A stretch of DNA of 64,000 nucleotides from Desulfitobacterium sp. (GTDB taxonomy: Bacteria > Bacillota > Desulfitobacteriia > Desulfitobacteriales > Desulfitobacteriaceae): positions 151 to 64,150 of the forward strand of contig NZ_JAYFQK010000059.1 in assembly GCF_034927245.1 (NCBI RefSeq). The letters run 5' to 3'. Shown here one piece after another: positions 17,936-26,957 of this stretch. The notes below the pieces were generated by a model. The model searched no databases. It was not told where the DNA came from and was given only the letters and a program-made list of their open reading frames with translations. A program made the position numbers and the translations under genes. Positions within the stretch are counted from its first letter, which is position 1. Each line of letters starts with the position of its first letter.

Positions 17936-20362
17936 TTAACCGTATCTTTCCTCAAACTCCTCTTTGGTCATTAAGATCTGTCTGGGTTTACTTCCTTCGT
18001 AACCCCCAACTACACCGTTATCTTCTAAAAGATCCATTAGGCGAGCAGCCCTTGCGTAACCTAACTTGAATTTTCGTTGCAGAAAAGAAACTGAGGCCAT
18101 ACCCGTATCCATAATCATCCGACCTGCATCAACGAATAATTCATCATCCGGTCCGGAGCTTTCCGTTTTTGATTCCGTCTCTACCATAAATCCTTCCGGT
18201 GCGAGATATTCCGGTTTGCCTTGAGACTTCCAATAATCGATAATTCGTTGAACCTCATCATCCGAGACAAAACATCCCTGCACACGAACAGGCTTATTAA
18301 TCCCCTGCGGAGAGTAAAGCATATCACCGCGGCCTAACAGTTTTTCAGCACCGGTTGCATCGAGAATTGTACGCGAATCAATCTGTGAACTGACCGCAAA
18401 GGAAATCCGACTTGGGATATTAGCCTTAATTACCCCGGTAATTACATCAACCGAAGGGCGCTGGGTTGCAATAACCAAGTGGATTCCCGCTGCCCGCGCC
18501 ATCTGAGCTAAACGACAAATCGCTTCTTCAACATCATTCGCCGCAACCATCATTAGGTCGGCCAGCTCATCAATAATCACGACGATCCAAGGAAGCGCAG
18601 GTGTGGCTTGCTCTGATTCCGCTTTCTGGCGATTATATCGGCCAATGTCTTTTACTCCGGCGGCAGCGAAAAGCTCATAGCGTGTTTCCATTTCTTTAAC
18701 AATCCATTTGAGTGCAGCCGCAGCTTTTTTGGGATCGGTTACTACCGGTGCAATGAGATGTGGAATTCCATTATAGATACTGAGTTCGACCATTTTAGGA
18801 TCAACCATTAAGAACTTCACTTCATTAGGTTGAGCATTGAATAAAATGGAGTTAATAATGGTTGTTATGCATACACTTTTTCCGGATCCCGTTGCCCCGG
18901 CAATGAGGATATGGGGCATTTTAGCTAAATCTGCAATGACAGGTTGGTTCGAAATGTTCTTGCCAAGTGCTGTTTTAAGTTTTGAGGGATTTTCATTAAA
19001 CGCCGCGGTTTCAAGTACCTCACGAAAAGGCACAGGCCGTGGTTGTTTGTTCGGTACTTCAATCCCGATTGCAGCTTTTCCGGGAATGGGGGCCTCGATT
19101 CGGACATCACGGGCCGCTAAACCCAGTGCAATATCATCTGCGAGATTGACAATCCGGCTAATCTTTACTCCCGGAGCCGGCGCTAATTCATAGCGAGTAA
19201 TTACAGGGCCGCGGGTGACTCGAATGACTTTAGCCTGAACTCCAAAATCCGCAAGAACTTGCTCTAGTTTTTTCTGGGTCTCAGTATCATGGACCACAGG
19301 AATATCAGGTAGCGCATCAAGTGTCTCAAACTTTGGTAAAAGCCATGATTTCTGCCTTCCGGGCTGAGAGGGTGCAACACATTCATTGGAATCTTCTTCC
19401 TCTGGGGTCTCGGGAGTAATGTCTTCAGGTATATCTGCGGTTTGATCTGGGATTATATCAATCGGTTTATCTGCAGGATTTTCTATATTTTCTAATTTCA
19501 AAGGCGATTCTGCCTTTTCAACTATAGAATTCAGAGGCTCAGCTTTGTAAAGATCATCAACCTTACTTTCCTCTTGATCGGTTTTAAGAGGAGATAAGTC
19601 TAAATCTTGCTTCCCCTTATCTAAGTTCTCTTTTTCGTTAATCGCATCTTTCGGCGTCTGTACCTTGGCAAGTTGTGCAAGTTGTGCGACTTGCCCCGGA
19701 ATTACTTTTTCGGAGTCATTCTTTAACAAACCCAGCCAATTGCTTTTTTCCGGTACTGCGCTTATGTCTTCATCTGGAAGAGTTGCACTTTTTTCCAGTT
19801 CATAATCGGATAGGACCTGTTCAAAATAGCTTGGAAAGCCATTGAGAGGCTCAACCGTAAATTGGGTTTTAAATGGGTGAAGAGACAGCTCAGCACCCTC
19901 CTGAAAATAAGTATTAAAATCTCGACCTAGTTCAGGAAGCGGTTCCTCCGCTGCTGCACTTTCGATTTTAGGTCCTTCATCTGAAGCAAAATATTCTTGA
20001 AAGCCCTGAAGGCTTACTAATTTGCCTTTAGGAAGGGGGATTCCCTTTTTTTCCTCCTGTAAAGAGACTGATCTTTTGGTTCTTTGCTCCGAAACAGATC
20101 TGCTTTTCTTGCTCCTCTGATGATTCGTTTTATGTAAAGATTGTCCCTTTATCAACCTAACTTCAATAATAATCGTTACAAGCAGTAAACATAAAGGTAT
20201 TCCCCAAGCAATATTCCCAAAAACTGATTTTAAACCGGTATATAAAGCACGGCCGATCCCCGTTAGTTCAAATTCCCCTAGTATCCCGATAAAACCTATA
20301 ACTCCGGACAGAATTGCCGCAACACGCCACTTTTCTTGAGAATTCTTTTGTCTTTTAGGCAA
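17936..20362 (-). CDS. ftsK: DNA translocase FtsK/SpoIIIE
   Basis: N-terminal TM helices, an acidic/Pro-rich linker, a motor domain with GATGSGKS, and a C-terminal gamma wHTH. The probable start is the TTG at 20362, 8 nt after GGAGG; the ORF track extends to 20428. Confidence 0.92.
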   Translation of the reverse strand: MPKRQKNSQEKWRVAAILSGVIGFIGILGEFELTGIGRALYTGLKSVFGNIAWGIPLCLLLVTIIIEVRLIKGQSLHKTNHQRSKKSRSVSEQRTKRSVSLQEEKKGIPLPKGKLVSLQGFQEYFASDEGPKIESAAAEEPLPELGRDFNTYFQEGAELSLHPFKTQFTVEPLNGFPSYFEQVLSDYELEKSATLPDEDISAVPEKSNWLGLLKNDSEKVIPGQVAQLAQLAKVQTPKDAINEKENLDKGKQDLDLSPLKTDQEESKVDDLYKAEPLNSIVEKAESPLKLENIENPADKPIDIIPDQTADIPEDITPETPEEEDSNECVAPSQPGRQKSWLLPKFETLDALPDIPVVHDTETQKKLEQVLADFGVQAKVIRVTRGPVITRYELAPAPGVKISRIVNLADDIALGLAARDVRIEAPIPGKAAIGIEVPNKQPRPVPFREVLETAAFNENPSKLKTALGKNISNQPVIADLAKMPHILIAGATGSGKSVCITTIINSILFNAQPNEVKFLMVDPKMVELSIYNGIPHLIAPVVTDPKKAAAALKWIVKEMETRYELFAAAGVKDIGRYNRQKAESEQATPALPWIVVIIDELADLMMVAANDVEEAICRLAQMARAAGIHLVIATQRPSVDVITGVIKANIPSRISFAVSSQIDSRTILDATGAEKLLGRGDMLYSPQGINKPVRVQGCFVSDDEVQRIIDYWKSQGKPEYLAPEGFMVETESKTESSGPDDELFVDAGRMIMDTGMASVSFLQRKFKLGYARAARLMDLLEDNGVVGGYEGSKPRQILMTKEEFEERYG

Positions 20363-20483
20363 TAATCTCACCTCCACACTAAAACTTATTATGGTTGATG
20401 ACGAATTTGAAGTCAAGAGAGAGCTCAATTAATGACAGAAATAGAACCTCTGACTACAGAGGTTCTAACATTTTGGTGAAAGA

Positions 20484-21446
20484 TTAATATTCGAGAACAA
20501 TTCCTGTCGAATTCCTTCTTTTAAAAGAGTAAAAGGTTTCTTCCGCAATTTGACCATCTGGGAGCATAAGAACCTCACCTGTATAGAGAAAGTCTTCCCT
20601 ATCCCAATACCGTAGGTCACGAAACTCGACTTTGAGTTGATTCTCTTCTTTTTTAAGAAGAACGTGATAATACGGTGTGAATTGGTTGAATATCTCTGCT
20701 AATCCTCCCTCCATCGCATTAACAATCGAAGGATCATTGTAATCGCAAGACGGCAGACTTATTAGGATTTGGGCCTTATCTTCAATTACCATCCCGTAAC
20801 GTATTTCTTTTTGACTAAAGAGTAAAAAAGACCAACTAAAAGGTTTATACATAGCCGGTAAAACCTTAATCTGTGATTTATCCGTAATATTAAATTTCTG
20901 CATCAATTTATTGCGTGTCTTTATACGATACGTTTCCCGATAGAAGAGATACCCCGAACTTAGAATAAATGCAGTTAATGAGGATTTTGTCGCCAAGTCC
21001 GGATGAGCGATTGAGAACAAAAGAGACACTATAAACATTCCAAGAACAATGGGATCGGTCACAATGATCATATCGACCGTATATTTTTTCCTTAAGAATG
21101 GCCAAAATAGTTCCGCTCCGTAAGAGTTTAACAGATCACTCAATCCATGAGATAACGTTCCGATTAATGTCCAAAGGATAATAGTCGCCCATGAAGAAGT
21201 AGGATAAATCGCATAAATCAAACTGCCTAGTCCGAGCGCCATTCCTCCTAAAGCCAAAAAAGAATGGCTGGCTCCCCGATGTTTCATTAAATAGTTAAGT
21301 CTTCCCTTAACATAAGTGACAATATCCAAATCCGGCAACATTGCGCCTAAGGTACATCCCAAGAAAACAGGATCATTGATTTGTATCGGATGCCCTGAGA
21401 AAGTGCTCAAAGCCGCACCGATCAAACCATGAGTTACTGGGTCCAA
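20484..21446 (-). CDS. membrane-bound metal-dependent hydrolase (YdjM-like)
   Basis: (L)DPVTHGLIGAAL N-terminus and multiple TM segments. I prefer the TTG at 21446 after GGGGGTG. Confidence 0.75.
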   Translation of the reverse strand: MDPVTHGLIGAALSTFSGHPIQINDPVFLGCTLGAMLPDLDIVTYVKGRLNYLMKHRGASHSFLALGGMALGLGSLIYAIYPTSSWATIILWTLIGTLSHGLSDLLNSYGAELFWPFLRKKYTVDMIIVTDPIVLGMFIVSLLFSIAHPDLATKSSLTAFILSSGYLFYRETYRIKTRNKLMQKFNITDKSQIKVLPAMYKPFSWSFLLFSQKEIRYGMVIEDKAQILISLPSCDYNDPSIVNAMEGGLAEIFNQFTPYYHVLLKKEENQLKVEFRDLRYWDREDFLYTGEVLMLPDGQIAEETFYSFKRRNSTGIVLEY

Positions 21447-21593
21447 TTCAACACCCCCATCTAAAATGAACAACCGAAAATATTATAACACAATAATTCC
21501 ATAATGGTTGTTAATTTATATTCATAAACATTACACGAATTCCAATAAAGCCCAACCTAAAATAAGGCTGAGCTATGTTAATATTCTATTGTC

Positions 21594-22481
21594 TTACTTA
21601 ATACTATGTGAAGCTACCTTAATGGAACTATTCATTCCATGAATACCGGATACATGATGGGGCATCGACTCTGCCCATCGGCGATCTTCATCAGAATATA
21701 CTTCACCGCTTAAGTAAGCAATTCCGTCTTGTACAAATGCCCGAACCTGTCGGCTTGTCATACCGTGCTGACCGAGTTTCCTTACAAGTTGCTCAGTCAT
21801 ATGCAAATCTTCACCCTGAGAACGATGGCGAGCAAAAAGTTCACTCATAACGGCCTTAACTCCCGGGACTTGGTAAGCCGTCTCAACCGCCCATTCAATG
21901 GCTTCTTGAGTGTCTACCATTCCTGTTAAGGTAATCAAACCATTACGTGCAGCCGTTTTTATTTCCTGTGCGTCAACCCAAGGTGAGTCAACAAACGCGT
22001 TCTCCACCCGATTGACCAAAGTAGCATCATCGACCGCATTTTCCAGGAATTGAATTTCACTCCGAATCTCCTTAACTCCACGAACTTGAGAAGCGATTCG
22101 TTTAGCTAACCGTTCTGTACTCTGTGTTTCAACATGACCCAATAGGGTAACAATTCCCTGACTAACCCTGCATCCTAAGTGAGTAATGTCCTCATAGTTA
22201 GCCTGGCTGAACCTCTCAGTAACCTGCTTTTCAATATCCTTATCACTGATATTACCATCACCGGCAACCGTTAAGGAATTATCGAGCTCTTTGACTCCGT
22301 CAATCCGGCTAACCCGCTGTCCGATAAAATTCTTTTCCCCCAGGGTATCTATCGTTCCCCAAAGTGAGACTTTATCCCCTTTTACTTCTACATGAAGGCC
22401 TTGCCCGCTTTCCCCAAAGTGAGTTTGGATCAATTGTTTTATGTCTTGATATACTTCCTTTTCCGATCTTATTTTTTGCAT
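21594..22481 (-). CDS. BON-domain protein (about four BON repeats)
   Basis: Repeated ...V.V..G.VTL.G.V.....A......V.GVKE... modules. Confidence 0.8.
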   Translation of the reverse strand: MQKIRSEKEVYQDIKQLIQTHFGESGQGLHVEVKGDKVSLWGTIDTLGEKNFIGQRVSRIDGVKELDNSLTVAGDGNISDKDIEKQVTERFSQANYEDITHLGCRVSQGIVTLLGHVETQSTERLAKRIASQVRGVKEIRSEIQFLENAVDDATLVNRVENAFVDSPWVDAQEIKTAARNGLITLTGMVDTQEAIEWAVETAYQVPGVKAVMSELFARHRSQGEDLHMTEQLVRKLGQHGMTSRQVRAFVQDGIAYLSGEVYSDEDRRWAESMPHHVSGIHGMNSSIKVASHSIK

Positions 22482-22495
22482 ATACGTCCCTCCCG

Positions 22496-23350
22496 TTAAA
22501 AACTGACCTTAGTTTTTGTCTGGAAGGTTGATTTTATCCCTATTTCAAGATTTTCAAGACATTCGTCAGGAACATCAATTTGACCTAATGTGACTCGACT
22601 AAAAGGGCCGTGAAAATCACTTCCGCCGGTTATTAATGTAGCCTTTTCACGCCCTAAAGCCTCAAACTCCTTAATTAGAGTTTCTCTTTTTTCCCAGTAG
22701 CCATAATAAACTTCTAAGCCAATCGGACGTTCTGCCAGGAGTTGATTAACAACTTTTAAATCTTTAATTAAACCAGGGTGAGCCAGTACGGGAATCCCCC
22801 CACAGCTGTAAATCAAATCAACCGCCTCGGCAAAAGGATGTTTGAGGAAAGGCAAATAAGCAGCACCGCCGGGTTGAAAAAGTGAAGCTATCACTTTCCA
22901 CGGCAATTCCTTTGATAGGTCATGAATTGCATGCATAATGTGGCCTTTGCTGACTGTTCCTTCCGGATTGGCCGCTTTCTCAACCTCGCTCCATTTTACG
23001 GATAATCCCTCCTGCTGCAAACGCTTGACCATATCGTAAGCTATTGCGGTTCGTTGAAGTCGTAATTCTTTTAAACGATCTTGGAGCTGTAAATTAACTA
23101 GACAGGATTCTTCAAAATAACCAAGCAGGTGTACCTCTTTATCCTCATACGCTGTAACTAACTCCACACCGGGGACAACTTTAATCTTATATTTATCCTT
23201 TACTTTCTGCGCCAATTCCACTCCGTGTGTTGTTTCGTGATCGGTCAGCGAGAGTGCTTCAATACCACGTTCAGAAGCTAATTTCAGTACTTCATTAACA
23301 GAAAGTATCCCATCAGACTCTTCAGTATGAACATGCAAATCAATTCCCAT
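22496..23350 (-). CDS. PHP-domain phosphoesterase
   Basis: MGIDLHVHTEESDG N-terminus and downstream HP/GSDFHG motifs. Confidence 0.85.
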   Translation of the reverse strand: MGIDLHVHTEESDGILSVNEVLKLASERGIEALSLTDHETTHGVELAQKVKDKYKIKVVPGVELVTAYEDKEVHLLGYFEESCLVNLQLQDRLKELRLQRTAIAYDMVKRLQQEGLSVKWSEVEKAANPEGTVSKGHIMHAIHDLSKELPWKVIASLFQPGGAAYLPFLKHPFAEAVDLIYSCGGIPVLAHPGLIKDLKVVNQLLAERPIGLEVYYGYWEKRETLIKEFEALGREKATLITGGSDFHGPFSRVTLGQIDVPDECLENLEIGIKSTFQTKTKVSF

Positions 23351-23481
23351 TAGCCTTCCCCTCCCTGGCCCCTGTTTTCTATTCTAACACAATATTAGCC
23401 TATTCTTCCTTCGATTTTATAATCATCAACTGAGGTCAACCGAATAAAGCGAATAAAGGAGGGATTATTGCTTATATAAAC

Positions 23482-23502
23482 GAAAAAAGAGCCGAAGCTC
23501 TT
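23482..23502 (-). terminator. terminator after tRNA-Trp
   Basis: AAGAGC-CGAA-GCTCTT hairpin followed by a T-run on the minus strand. Confidence 0.6.
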
Positions 23503-23513
23503 GATATTACTAT

Positions 23514-23587
23514 TGGCAGGGGATGCAGGAGTTGAACCCACACTAACGGTTTTGGAGACCGCTGTTCTACCATTAAACTAATCCCCT
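23514..23587 (-). tRNA. tRNA-Trp (anticodon CCA)
   Basis: The reverse complement reads AGGGGATTAGTTTAATGGTAGAACAGCGGTCTCCAAAACCGTTAGTGTGGGTTCAACTCCTGCATCCCCTGCCA. It has a 7-bp acceptor stem AGGGGAT/ATCCCCT, an anticodon loop CTCCAAA, a GTTCAACTCC T-arm and an encoded 3' CCA. Confidence 0.9.
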
Positions 23588-23618
23588 AAAATTAAATTTA
23601 AGAATGGCGACAGTTGCA

Positions 23619-23647
23619 ATTATACTAGAGCAATATTATTATGTCAA
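23619..23647 (-). promoter_or_regulatory. consensus sigma-A promoter for tRNA-Trp
   Basis: The minus strand reads TTGACA-17 nt-TATAAT, about 25 nt upstream of the tRNA 5' end. Confidence 0.7.
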
Positions 23648-23704
23648 TAATAATTTACCGTTTTCACCGAAGCGAAAGTGTGAAAGAGGGATTTAGTCTT
23701 AATT

Positions 23705-23923
23705 TTATAGGTCAAGCCCATTTGAGCTCAAGTATTCACGTTTCAGGCCTTCGTATTCGTTCAGCATTATATCTAACTGCTGACTGAGCTTAATCACATC
23801 CGGATCCGTAAGGGGTTTGATCTCCCCCAACCTAAGTAATTCCCTGCGATTTACTTCAATGGATATACGTAAACGTGCGATTATTCGTCCCACAGATACT
23901 AGACATCCCTTCCTTTTACTCAC
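23705..23923 (-). CDS. Spo0E-family sporulation regulatory protein (aspartyl-phosphate phosphatase-like), paralogue 1
   Basis: Carries ...LTDPDVIKLSQQLDIMLNEYEGLKREY, the Spo0E SQ-LD signature. The true start may be an internal GTG 30 nt downstream (see findings). Confidence 0.75.
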   Translation of the reverse strand: MSKRKGCLVSVGRIIARLRISIEVNRRELLRLGEIKPLTDPDVIKLSQQLDIMLNEYEGLKREYLSSNGLDL

Positions 23924-24290
23924 AATCCTATTGTACCTCAGAGCACTATGTCAATTCAAAGGTATTATCCCTGAATATTGTCTGTTTTTGCTTATTTGTC
24001 ATACGATTATTGATGGGTGCCATGAGTTCTGCAAATACCCCAGTAGTTAAAAAAATAACCCAACCATTTCTGGTAGGGTTAAATTAAGGAATGAATATGA
24101 AAAAGAAACATCACATAAATTATTGTAGCCGGGAAACCTGAATATAAGCTTAAATCTATGTGAAAGATTTGTGAAAATAGGGATGATATCTATGCTGCTC
24201 CATTATTAGATAAAAAAAGATATTCCAGGAGGGAAGTTTCCGCCAAATGGTGAACTATAAATACGAGTAACAGAAAGGAAGTGCTGTTAG

Positions 24291-24584
24291 ATGAATAATA
24301 TTATACTGGGTCCTCTCAATTATTTTAAGAATCAGTCCTATATTAAAGGCTCTTTATGGCTTATTATTATTGGTATTGCACTAAACATTGATATTTTTCT
24401 GGTTCTATTTATTTGGATTTTTGCAGGATGGCTAGGAGGTAGAAAGGGAAAAGTAAAGGCTGAACCCGCTAACCTTGAAACTCCAAACGAAGAAACTATT
24501 ATGGAACAAGCAGCTGACCAGGAATTAATTGAGTCTGATAAAGTTGAGTGTAATAAAGATAAAGAAGAAATTATCGATAAGTAG
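24291..24584 (+). CDS. small membrane protein with acidic C-terminal tail, function unknown
   Basis: 97 aa with an AAAGGAAG RBS and one or two TM helices. A strong terminator follows. Confidence 0.45.
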   Translation: MNNIILGPLNYFKNQSYIKGSLWLIIIGIALNIDIFLVLFIWIFAGWLGGRKGKVKAEPANLETPNEETIMEQAADQELIESDKVECNKDKEEIIDK

Positions 24585-24614
24585 ATTATTAAATGAATTA
24601 AAGAGATTGAATAA

Positions 24615-24658
24615 TAAAAAATAAACCCCCGGAAATTTCCCGTGGGTTTATTTTTTTG
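24615..24658. terminator. bidirectional terminator between convergent genes
   Basis: TAAACCCCCGG-loop-CCGTGGGTTTA hairpin with A-run and T-run flanks. Confidence 0.7.
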
Positions 24659-24669
24659 GTTTATTCAAA

Positions 24670-24891
24670 TCAAGCTCCCACATGTTCTAATATATATCTA
24701 TAGTTATGCTTAAGGTATTCATATTCGTTAAGTAGTTGATCTAAATCTTGACTTACTCTAATAACTTCCGGGTCTGTAAAAGGTCTGCTCATGCCTAGCT
24801 GGATAAGTTCCTCACGCATTATTTCAATTAACTCTTGTAAGTATTCAAGTTTAAAATTCACCGTAACTCGACATCCTTTCCTTCGGCTCAC
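24670..24891 (-). CDS. Spo0E-family sporulation regulatory protein, paralogue 2
   Basis: Carries ...FTDPEVIRVSQDLDQLLNEYEYLKHNY. The 5' end has the same nucleotide context as paralogue 1. Confidence 0.75.
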   Translation of the reverse strand: MSRRKGCRVTVNFKLEYLQELIEIMREELIQLGMSRPFTDPEVIRVSQDLDQLLNEYEYLKHNYRYILEHVGA

Positions 24892-25006
24892 GAATTCTAT
24901 TCTACAACAATGAAGGACGTCGTTTCTATAGGAAATAATGTCGAATATATTGTATTTAGAAGGTTTAAAGGCTTTCTTATAGTTTTTTTTATTTGTCTAA
25001 CTGATT

Positions 25007-26683
25007 TTAAAGGGTCTTAATTTTATTATATAAAGTGGCTAAAGAAATATTTAAAGTCTGAGCTGCTTTCTTTTTTCCTTCAACAGAATCACCATAGCGT
25101 TCTAAGGCTAATCGAATCATCTTCTTTTCCAATACATCTAAGGGCAGAAGTTCCGAAGTATCCTTCTCTGTTCTATCCCCTATTTCTCTTCTTTCACCTA
25201 ACATAAGGTGTTGGGGTGTGATAATATCCCCCTCGACAATAACCATAGCTCTTTCAATCACATTCTGAAGTTCTCGGACATTTCCGGGCCAATTATAATT
25301 ATGTAGAAGCTGCTCAGCCTGAGCATTCATCGCAACAACATGTTTGCCAAACTTTCGGTTCAATTTCGTGATATAGAACTGGGCATAGGCAAGAATATCA
25401 TCTTTATGTTTACGCAAAGGCGGCAAGCATAATTCAGCACCATTCAGGCGATAATATAACTCCTCAGAAAAATTTCCTTGCCTTAACTTTTCTCGTAAAT
25501 TTCGATTTGTCGCTGCAATCACTCGGACATTAACTTTAATGGTTTGGTTGCCCCCGACCCGTTCAAACTCCATATTTTGAAGCACTCTTAAAAGCTTAGA
25601 CTGCAAAGCCAAATTTATATCACCCATCTCATCAAGAAAAATCGTTCCTTCGTTGGCTAGTTCCATTTTTCCTATTTTTGTCTTGGAAGCTGTTGCAAAA
25701 GATCCTTTTTCATGTCCGAAAAGTTCACTTTCGAGCAAAGTTTCGGGAATAGCAGCACAATTAACCTTGATAAAAGGCTTATCACTTCTCTTACCGGCGC
25801 AATGAATAGCATGTGCAAATAGTTCTTTTCCGGTCCCACTTTCGCCTAGAATCAATACCGGATCATCACTTTTTGCCGCATGTTTAGCTAAATTTATAGA
25901 ACGTTCAAAATCAGGATGACTTCCTATAATATCATCAAAGGTAATTGAACTTGTTGTGATTTGATTGATTCGGCTTTGCAGCTCTGTTATAACTCGGTTA
26001 GAGTTTTGAAGTTGCTCCATTGTTTTATATATTTCGGTAAGGGGCTGAAAAACAACTACGCAAGCTTCGATTTTGCCCTCAACAATGATCGGAGCGGCAT
26101 TCGATATGACTTCGACTTCGCACCCACCCACTTTAGCACGATGGGAAAAAATCGGTTCATGAGTCCTCAGAACACGTGCCAAAGCACTTTCGGGCGATAC
26201 TTCAAAGATATTCTTTCCTATTCTCTGTTGAGCAGAAATACCCGTAACTCGGCTAAAGGCTGGGTTAACATACTTGATAATCCCATCCGTACCGGCTATT
26301 TCAATAGCCTCTTGAACCGAATTAAGAATCGCATAAAGTTTGCCCTGGAACCCTTTTTCCTTTGCTTTAACAAGATGCGTTATAAAATTAGCCCCTTCAG
26401 CTTCGATAACTGAAGTGTGACTTGCTTTTAAACGTGCCAGGGTTTGTTGTACCTCAGGTACCCCTGTAGTTTCAATTATTATCCCTATATCCTGCATACA
26501 AAGTTCCTCAACGGTATTACACGTTTTAATGCCGTCCCGGTAGGCGAGAACAATTCCGGGGGCTCCTTCTGAAATATCGCAAACCGATACAATTTCTATA
26601 TATTCTACCCCTTTTAATAATTTATAGAATGATGTTCCTTTTTTTCCTGCACCTATGATTCCAACCCGGATCTTTTGAAACAC
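25007..26683 (-). CDS. sigma-54-dependent transcriptional activator (Rossmann-like N-domain + PAS + AAA+ + Fis-type HTH)
   Basis: GIIGAGKKG dinucleotide-fold motif at the N-terminus, a PAS-like middle region, GESGTGKE Walker A, a GHEKGSF (GAFTGA-equivalent) loop, and a C-terminal HTH (AAQTLNISLATLYNKIK). Confidence 0.9.
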   Translation of the reverse strand: MFQKIRVGIIGAGKKGTSFYKLLKGVEYIEIVSVCDISEGAPGIVLAYRDGIKTCNTVEELCMQDIGIIIETTGVPEVQQTLARLKASHTSVIEAEGANFITHLVKAKEKGFQGKLYAILNSVQEAIEIAGTDGIIKYVNPAFSRVTGISAQQRIGKNIFEVSPESALARVLRTHEPIFSHRAKVGGCEVEVISNAAPIIVEGKIEACVVVFQPLTEIYKTMEQLQNSNRVITELQSRINQITTSSITFDDIIGSHPDFERSINLAKHAAKSDDPVLILGESGTGKELFAHAIHCAGKRSDKPFIKVNCAAIPETLLESELFGHEKGSFATASKTKIGKMELANEGTIFLDEMGDINLALQSKLLRVLQNMEFERVGGNQTIKVNVRVIAATNRNLREKLRQGNFSEELYYRLNGAELCLPPLRKHKDDILAYAQFYITKLNRKFGKHVVAMNAQAEQLLHNYNWPGNVRELQNVIERAMVIVEGDIITPQHLMLGERREIGDRTEKDTSELLPLDVLEKKMIRLALERYGDSVEGKKKAAQTLNISLATLYNKIKTL

Positions 26684-26840
26684 AGCACTCCCTCCAAATT
26701 CACTTTCTCGGTATATATCATTTATTGTTTGACTTTATCCAATTATTCGAATATTCGACGCATACTAATAATTTCCTTTCTAAAAATTATAAATCGGCTA
26801 ATAAATCAAGTAATTATTATAATTTTCTCTGTTTTAGAAT

Positions 26841-26880
26841 AAAAAAAGCTCCTACCTTTTTTCGGTAAGAGCTTTTTTTA
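26841..26880 (-). terminator. terminator downstream of the EF-G paralogue
   Basis: AAAGCTCCTACC-loop-GGTAAGAGCTTT hairpin with flanking A-run and T-run. Confidence 0.65.
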
Positions 26881-26957
26881 TAGTTTCCTTTATACGTATC
26901 AAAATATATAAGTTTTTATCGATTGATAAAACTCAAAGTGCAACCAGCGGGTTTCCT

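Noticed and set aside
24091-24141. 16-aa ORF MNMKKKHHINYCSRET between the Spo0E-like genes as a Phr-type signalling peptide
   Set aside because: It has no signal peptide or hydrophobic export region, only a weak RBS, and no adjacent Rap/RRNPP receptor. It cannot be distinguished from chance in AT-rich DNA.
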